A stretch of DNA of 63,929 bases, the filler included, from Choristocarpus tenellus KU-1152 (Eukaryota; Protista; Phaeophyceae), in assembly GCA_964200185.2 (NCBI GenBank). It is 13 parts of 13 records of this genome, joined end to end, with 100 filler letters (N's around TTAATTAATTAA, not from the genome) between each part and the next. Parts side by side here need not be neighbours in the genome. Positions count along the whole stretch, not along the records: positions 50,844 to 56,296 come from CAXNAD020010731.1; positions 56,397 to 60,854 come from CAXNAD020014461.1; positions 60,955 to 63,929 come from CAXNAD020023228.1; 10 more parts are not named here. One strand, 5' to 3'. A program made the translations under genes and the position numbers. The stretch's first letter is position 1, and each line of letters begins with the position of its first letter. The notes beneath the pieces were generated by a model. The model worked only from the letters and a program-made list of their open reading frames with translations. It made no database searches and had not been told where the DNA came from. Of the stretch, positions 55,572 through 63,929 are shown piece after piece.

Positions 55572-56073
55572 GAGTGAAAGTATCTTAGAGGGTACGAGTT
55601 TTACCCTGTTTGTCCCTTTGGTGCTTGGCTTCCCATGGGTTTTTTTTATGACATTTTCCTACTCCAAAATGTTTAGGAGTATGAAACGTTGTGTCTGGAA
55701 CAAGGATACTGACACTTACTAACAAACATGATAGTCAAAATTACATCAAAGAGTGAAAGTATCTTAGAGGGTACGATTTTTGCCCTGTTTGTCCATTTGG
55801 GGCTTGACTTCCCTTGGGGTTTTTACAACGTTTTCCTACTCCAAAATATTTCGGAATAGGTAATATGTACACATTATGAGAAGGTGGGTCTGGAACAAGG
55901 ATATTGACACTTCCTAACAAACACGATAGCCAAAATTACAACAGAATCGCAACATGGGATTTTGACCCCAAATGGACGCGGCTCTACCCTCTAAGGCACT
56001 TTAACTCAAAATCGCAACATTGGATTTTGACCCCCAAATGGACACCGCTCTACCCTCTAAGATAATTTGGCTC
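55572..56073. mobile_element. Nested MITE family A: inner copy 55751-56007 (TSD AAA) inside an outer copy
   Basis: Outer consensus CATCAAAATCGC split with AAA duplicated. Confidence 0.85.
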
Positions 56074-56728
56074 CATATGTTTTGGTTCCTCATGCACACA
56101 CCGAGAGAACAGGTCCAAACTGACAGTCCTCTTTGTGTATACACCAGACACGACTCATGCGAGCAAATAAACAAAAAAAAACTCGCAACAGCCAATATTG
56201 TTTTTTTCAATTCCTCATCTAACATGGGAAAACACACCCTAACCGTCAGCCCTCTGGCTCAAAGTATTTGGGAGGGGGCGGCGGCTGTCCAGTTGGNNNN
56301 NNNNNNNNNNNNNNNNNNNNNNNNNNNNNNNNNNNNNNNNTTAATTAATTAANNNNNNNNNNNNNNNNNNNNNNNNNNNNNNNNNNNNNNNNNNNNAGTG
56401 GGTTAGCCATGCGAAAAGGTTTTGTCATATATGTATGGGTTAGGGTTAGTTGGTTAAAGATGTTGTGATGTACTGCAGCATGTTTTTATATTTTTTGTTT
56501 GTGTGGGAATGGGGATATTACCACATACCGATGATCACAGCAAAGTCGTGGGGACTCGCGATTTCCAGTGGTGGTGTGGGTAACTGCATGCACAAAGTTG
56601 GCTACGTGTAAACATCTACAAGGAAACATCTCCAGTACAATTGTAAGCTCGAGACCTATCCATAGGGTTAGTAGTACAAACAACAAGTTGGAAAGCAATG
56701 GAAAAAAAAGGCAGCACGCCCTTCTTAC

Positions 56729-59109
56729 CTTCCACTTGCCCTTCTCGTAGGCTTGGCCGAAAGACGTGTCCTTCCTCTCCTTCACCTCATCCTTTGACGC
56801 TGCGTTGGACACGAACACCTCCACCCTCCTGCTTCGTTCAAGGGCCGCCTCCACCACATTGTGCCTCTCTGCGCTGTAGGAGACGACGGTGTCCCCAGCA
56901 TTCGTGTACCTATCACAGGAGGGCAGTTCGTAAATTAGCCCTAACGTGGTATATTGTATTGCGCACGGATTCATCATTTCGCAGTGTATGCAGTACGTTC
57001 CGATCCAGGGCAACACGCTCTTTGTGTGTTTCGACGCTTAACGTACCGATTCGGGAAACAAACTCGTGGTATGGATTGACGCCCCTGAACCGTCACCCAG
57101 CTCGTTCTGTTGCTGTTTAATGATGTCCTACACCTTCTACAAAAAAATAATCGCTGCTTCTGTGAAGAAGGATGTGTGTGACGTTATTAACGAACCTATT
57201 AACAAGGAAGTGGAGGGCCCTCATGGGGATGTCCGAGGCAGCACCTTCGTATTCGACGTCCATCATGGATTGGAGTACAACAGGAGATGTATCACGCCCG
57301 TGTCCGAAGATGTCGTCGACAGTGACTCGCTTATTGCATGTGAACATTGTCCCATCGTTGTGCGCGAGACAAATCATGTCCTGGTGGCTTTTGAGATGGT
57401 TATCTGTGCCTAATTGAGGGTGTCCCCCCCTCCTCGTCTTCGATACTAGCATTAGGGGATGATCCTCCAAAAACTAGCCCACCTTCGACGCAGTAAGAGC
57501 CTCTGAATGAAGAGAATGCGGGAGTGAGCGCGTGGGTCCGACATGCGTCGAACTTGACAGTGACATCACACAAGTAGTCATCGTAGGGATTCATGAAATC
57601 TCGTACCACTAACATTATAATAGTACAATGAGCGTGGAACGCAATGGAAATAACCAATGCAAAAATGGCAAATAATAATAGGAGATTGAGTAATAACAGG
57701 AGTAAATATGGCAAAAAAAAGTGGTGAACACGAGTAACACCAGCATACGAGAGAATGGACAATGAAACAAAGAAGTACGTACTTGCCGGGGGGAGAGAGC
57801 AAGCAACACAAAAGGAAGTGGAAGGTATGAAGAACATGAAACAACATGGGAAAAGTGAAGAATATTGGAATACACAGGGATTCATGGAATCTCGTGCCAC
57901 TAACATTATAATAGTACAATGAGTGTGGAACGCAAGGCAAATAATCAATGCAAAAATTGCAAACAATAGGAAATTGAGTAATAATAGGAGAAAATATGGC
58001 AAAAAAATGTGGTGAACACGAGTAACACCAGCATGCGAGAGAATAGACAATGAAACAAAGAAGTACGTACTTGCCGGGGGGAAAGAGCAAGCGACACAAA
58101 AGGAAGTGGAAGGTATGAAGAACATGAAACAACATGGGGAAAGTGAAGAATATAGGAATACACACGACCTAATCCTCATCTACTGAACGGTCGCACAATA
58201 TTCGATCGGCACACGGACAGAATGATAACAGTCATAGTTGATTTCACTAGTCTCCCGCAATACACCCCGTATTTCAGCGCTGGTGAACTTTGCAACTCAC
58301 CGTTTAGGCGGTGTAAAAGCACCTTCTACGGGTGGGGCACAATGAGCGCGATGGTGCCCTGAGGATGCATCTTAGGCTGCAAGCATTGAAGCATATCGCG
58401 CAGGTGTGTGTTGGTCGCCTCTTCGTCGATGAGGAGTCTTGGCTCGGCGGCAATGGACACTATGGCGAGCTTTGGCGCGTTGCGGAAGGCGAAATCACCA
58501 AGTTTGTCTAAGGATATCGTGGGGTCGAGAGGGTGAAGGTCGTGTAGTGCAGTGTTCTCACTCCTGTTTGGACATCATGACACACGACGCAGTAGACGGA
58601 CAACACGACAAGAAGGACAGCACGATGGATAAAAATGATGAGCAAAGAAAAGGACCACAATGGACTTACTGTCAATGAACATAGCAAGGCAAACTCGACA
58701 ACAACTTCATATATCAGAATAGTCATCAGGCGATTATGGAACAACGAAAACACTCCGTCACCCACCGTTGGCAATTAGCCTCTCTTCTGTTTGGTTGAAC
58801 TCTATGTAGATCCGCATGGTGAAAGCGCGCTCGGGATCAAACAATCTCTTCAGCACCGTTATCCTATGGTTTCCGTCCAATACTCGCCCTTCGAATGTAA
58901 GCGCTGTTTCGTCGTTCAGTTGGTCCATATTACCTAAGCCTACGCACCATATCCGTGCATGTTATATGTCCCAGCTTCATTTTAAATGGCCCCAGATAAT
59001 GATCATCCAATGGCCAGGACATGCTAGCTTGGCGTAGGTCCTGGCTTCTGGGTTCAAAACTTTTCCCATCGGCGGGCGGGTGGGTTGTTGTTCTTGAAAT
59101 GTTCGACAT
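56729..59109 (-). pseudogene. Disrupted spliced gene: ParB/Srx domain plus N4/N6 DNA-methyltransferase-like segments
   Basis: VLDGNHR at 58863-58883; LQPKMHPQGTIALIVP; RYTNAGDTVVSYSA...VEAALERSRRVEVF; GT-AG intron 58765-58564; stops at 58930-58932 and 58326-58328. Confidence 0.55.
57585..58164. repeat. Diverged tandem duplication, 2 x ~290 bp
   Basis: Units 57585-57875 and 57876-58164. Confidence 0.92.
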
Positions 59110-59147
59110 GACAAAGATTGGGTTAGTGTGATGTTAATTCGCAGATA

Positions 59148-59221
59148 CGAGAGATGACGCAGTTTGGTAGTGTGTCTGCTTTGGGAGCAGAAAGTCGTAG
59201 GTTCAAATCCTATTCTTTCGA
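59148..59221 (+). tRNA. trnP: tRNA-Pro(UGG), bacterial/organelle type, probably a NUMT/NUPT copy
   Basis: Full cloverleaf: CGAGAGA/TCTTTCG acceptor, TCTGC-TTTGGGA-GCAGA anticodon arm, GTAGG-TTCAAAT-CCTAT T arm, A73; AT-rich flank to ~59345. Confidence 0.85.
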
Positions 59222-59744
59222 TTTTTTAAAATACCAAAACTTTATTTTTTATTGATTAAGTAATCGCAATATAAGACATTTAATCTAATTTTTACAGAGA
59301 TTTTACAAAACTTTATCTAATATAGTAAAATTTATTAATAATGAGTATGGGGATGGGTAAGTAAGAGGTATGCTTGGTATCTATGGAAGGGAATGAATTG
59401 AAATGAGGACTGAGGGACGGTAGGTGCTGTTTTATATCGTTTGACCTTTCGATCCTAAAACTCAGATTTTTGAGATTCATGTTACAAAAATACGAATATC
59501 AAACAGTACAGGATTTCATATTGAACTGAGACAGAGGGTGTCTGTATTTTCGTGACCCTTTTGGCCTACTATCACGTTTTGAACGTATGAGATCAATAAG
59601 GAATGTGGTTTGTATCTGTATTTGTTGGTAAAGATTAGACTACCATTCTACTTTTGGAAAAACCCTACTGCACATGTTCTGAGTGTTCAACGGTATTCAT
59701 GGTTACTGGTAAGAAGGAATACGAAAGAGCCGCTTCTTTGTGCT

Positions 59745-59805
59745 ACATATGGTTTAAATAAACCCTAAACACACTGTGTGTTTAGGGTTTATTTAAACCA
59801 TATGT
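59745..59805. repeat. Perfect palindrome, 30-bp arms with 1-nt loop
   Basis: ACATATGGTTTAAATAAACCCTAAACACAC-T-GTGTGTTTAGGGTTTATTTAAACCATATGT. Confidence 0.95.
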
Positions 59806-59867
59806 CCAAGTTGGAATGACCTCTTAGGTTCTGAAATTGAAACGTTTGAGACCCCTAAAGTCCGTCC

Positions 59868-59931
59868 TTAGGGTTTAAATAAACCCACGGTCTTTATGGT
59901 TTTAGTGGTTTAGGGTTTATTTAAACCCTAA
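59868..59931. repeat. Related inverted repeat, 19-bp arms
   Basis: TTAGGGTTTAAATAAACCC...GGGTTTATTTAAACCCTAA. Confidence 0.9.
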
Positions 59932-60068
59932 CGCACTTGTAAAGTGACGTGTATCGAATGCATGATTAGTGGTGCGCACGTTTACAAAACCTGACTATTA
60001 TTTTCGACAAATACGTTTATGACAATCGCTGTATGACTCAGAGCAAGTTAAAGGGTAGGGTCGAGTCT

Positions 60069-60330
60069 GAGTGAAAGTTTCTTAGAGGGTACGAGTTTTG
60101 CTCTGTTTCTCAATTTGAGGCTTGGCTTCCGGTGGGTTTCGTTTTGACACTTTCCTATTCCAAAACGTTTTGGAGTAGTGGATAAAATGAAAATGTTATG
60201 GAAAACTGTGTCCAGAACATGAATATTGATACTTCATAACAAACAAGATGGCCAAAACTATGTCCAAAACTATATGTTGGATTTTGGCTCCCAAACAGAC
60301 GCGACTCTACCCTCTAAGATACTTTGGCTC
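60069..60330. mobile_element. MITE family A copy, TSD TCT; inverted partial copy follows at ~60345-60544
   Basis: TCT|GAGTGAAAG...GATACTTTGGCTC|TCT. Confidence 0.85.
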
Positions 60331-62083
60331 TCTGTTTGTCGAGTATTTGGGGCAAATTCAAATGCTGCGATTTTGATTAATTTTGGGCTGTTGTGTATGT
60401 TAGGGAGTGTCAATATCCTTTTTCCATACGCACCTACTCTAAATTATTCAGGAATAGGAAAATGTCTTGAAAAAAGACGTGCAATGTCAAGCCCCAAACG
60501 GACAAACAAGACTAAAAACGTACCCTCCAAGATACTTTCACTACTAGTCATATCCGATTCGATAAGTTGCTGGACTTCAATTACGTAGAGGGCTGGGGTT
60601 GTTTTTTGTCTAAACCTGGTTGCTGTAAAGTGGAAACATACAAGATAAAATAAGTATGTGATTGATATCTTCAAAAATACAAATCACTCCTGATATAATT
60701 GTATTTTATAGAAATATAATTAACGGGAATTATCTGATTTACAACTTCTGAAAAATGTAACGCACGGATTTTCAGGATCGGTGGGATCGAAAGGGTGGTC
60801 CCTTCTATCGCCCGAGGACGAAACAAAGTTGATTTCGGAACATTGAAAATATACNNNNNNNNNNNNNNNNNNNNNNNNNNNNNNNNNNNNNNNNNNNNTT
60901 AATTAATTAANNNNNNNNNNNNNNNNNNNNNNNNNNNNNNNNNNNNNNNNNNNNCACCCTCCTCCCCCCCCCGCCCCTCCTGCGGTTTGAGGGGGGGGGG
61001 GGGGGGGGGGGGGGGGCGGAGGGAGGTGTCACACAGTATTGAAGGGTCCCTCTGACTTCCTGATAGACCAATCACAGCACTCCGTGACGCTCAGAGCAGT
61101 TGTATTCTGTACAAAAATATCATGCATACATACAATGTATCACACACATTGCTGCATAACATTATTGTTATAATATGTAACTCCTTGACCGGACTTGAAG
61201 AGTATCCTACCGATAGCTAGGATATGAAAACTGACCATCCCATACAATGGATTCTCAAATGAACTTTATCTCAATGATTTTTGGTTCTACCAAAAGAACC
61301 CTTTTTTTCTATCTTTAACCGGGGTTCGACTTCTCACTTCTCACGTCTCAACTCCATGCCATTTTCAAAGACAGAACCATCCACTTTAAAAAGAAAAATA
61401 ATGCCTGAGAACATCAACCAACACCTCATATTTCCTCTTTGAGACTCTCAAGGAAGAGCCAATAGTACAGACTATCTACCCCCTTCCTAACCAGTGGAAC
61501 ATTGTTTTTTATTATAGCACACAGTCCCCAGCTGTCAACTTCAATTTGACCATTCTTTTTATTACACTCAGCTTGCACAGGCAAGTTGTCCCTATCAGAA
61601 AGAGCCTCTTTCCAAACGCCTTCATCTTCAAATAAAAACCCCAAAAAGATGCTGCAACTTGAAACAGCTGATTCTTGATGCCCCTCCGCATTCATGAAAA
61701 AATAAAAATGCAAGTGCGTACATACTCATATTGCACAGGACCGAACTCATGGACTATTTACTAACAATACACACGCCATTCCCATACAGTGAAACCCTTA
61801 TCAAGGTATAAAAACATAAAACAAGCAAAGAGGATACATTCAAAACATAACACAGCCTGAACAAAAAAGAGCATATACCGTGATTAAAATAATAAAGAAG
61901 ATTATGTTTCAACACACGGTGATATTCTGTTACATCCAGAAGGTATATACCTCTATAATCACAATCAATTTCAAACAAGACAAAACGCAACTAATTGTAG
62001 CAGAAACCTTTTTTTTTTAAATGTAACATAGCCCATCCTAGCAAAAAATCAAACCCACATACATACACTACAAAACACTCTTG

Positions 62084-62562
62084 AACAAATAGGTAATACA
62101 ATTCAACATAACACAACATAACACAACACAACAAATAGGTAATACAATAAACTTAACACAACAAATAGGTAACATAATTCAACGTAACACAACAAATAGG
62201 TAACACAATACAACTTAACACAACAAATAGGTAATACAATTCAACATAACACAACACAACAAATAGGTAATACAATAAACTTAACACAACAAATAGGTAA
62301 CATAATTCAACGTAACACAACAAATAGGTAACACAATACAACTTAACACAACAAATAGGTAACACAGTTCAACATAACACAATACAAAAAATAGGTAACA
62401 CAATACAACTTAACACAACAAATAGGTAACACAATTCAACACAACACAACACAACACAACACAACAAATAGGTAACACAATTCAACTGAACACAACAAAT
62501 AGGTAACACAATACAACTTAACACAACAAATAGGTAACATAATTCAACGTAACATAACACAA
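62084..62562. repeat. ~31-bp minisatellite (CAAATAGGTAA core) with 128-bp higher-order period
   Basis: About 14 core occurrences; variant order repeats at 62132/62260. Confidence 0.9.
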
Positions 62563-62928
62563 AACATCTCCAGTTCAAGGTATACCTCTACACAAAAATA
62601 AAATTCAAACACAAAAAATATGCAAACAAGTACACACACTCAACGCAACACCATACAACACCCCCGGAAACCTCCCAAGCAAACTCAGCCTCACGAGGGG
62701 AAAAAAAAATAAATCGCAACGCATCCATCTCTCAACAAAATATATACATATATTTATATATATTTTTAATACAAAAAAATGTTTTATAAAAAAATAAAAA
62801 CCGGACGTGCACCAAAACTCACAAAAATAAAAATAAAAACAAAAAAAGATTAATAGACTTGTGAGTCAGAATACAACTCAAAACCTCACACTACCATCTC
62901 CATATATATATATATATGCTACTTGTCA

Positions 62929-63591
<663 letters not shown>

Positions 63592-63929
63592 CTGATCCAC
63601 CCACCACCCACCACCCACCACACCAGAAAGAGAAAAAGTAGTCAGCAGTGTGGCAACAAATAAATAAATATAAATACATGTATTCAGTGTTTGCGGGGGG
63701 GGGGAAGCAAAAAAATATATATTTTGGGATGATGCCAAATTGGAAGCGTCTGCTACTGTGAGAGTGAAGTTATTGTCCCAACAACATGCATCAACAATAC
63801 AATCCTTTGACTTAGACCTCTATATACTGGAATCATAATCACCGGAAAAGCTTTATATGTGTGTCTATATGTAGGCGGTGGGGGGGGGGGGGGGGGGGGG
63901 GGGGATGAGCCAGACCCACTGGGTACCAA

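Noticed and set aside
57400-58179. 259-aa hydrophobic ORF resembling a membrane protein
   Set aside because: Largely a translation of the duplicated T-rich intron-like unit
11318-60954. Regularly recurring TTAATTAATTAA motif
   Set aside because: Artificial six-frame-stop linker inside N runs; also invalidates any gene-cluster inference across contigs
62084-62562. CRISPR-like repeat array
   Set aside because: Inter-core sequences are themselves repetitive, there are no unique spacers or cas genes, and the context is eukaryotic

Overview
Eukaryotic, intron-rich, repeat-rich genomic DNA, most consistent with a brown alga or related stramenopile (inference from long GT-AG introns, TTAGGG motifs and retroelement types). 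The window is not one locus. It is 13 short contigs joined by artificial 100-nt linkers (N44-TTAATTAATTAA-N44), so adjacency across linkers has no biological meaning. Recognisable host gene fragments: DUS3L tRNA-dihydrouridine synthase, an EF-hand protein, a CEP164-like multi-WW protein, a USP9X/24/34-like deubiquitinase, a Cys/Met-metabolism PLP lyase, a probable oligopeptidase A and the PP2A catalytic subunit. Decayed mobile DNA: Copia, Ty3/gypsy, an RLE-type non-LTR element, a plant-type mariner, three MITE families and a SINE-like family. Best leads: (1) a disrupted, intron-containing gene that appears to fuse a ParB/Srx domain (VLDGNHR) to N4/N6 DNA-methyltransferase-like segments lacking canonical motifs, next to an organelle-type tRNA-Pro and perfect palindromes (56.7-59.9 kb); (2) a 189-bp Rickettsiales-like sdhD-sdhA operon fragment sitting cleanly inside a host MITE (36270-36458). 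All homology calls come from remembered family consensus; no searches were run.
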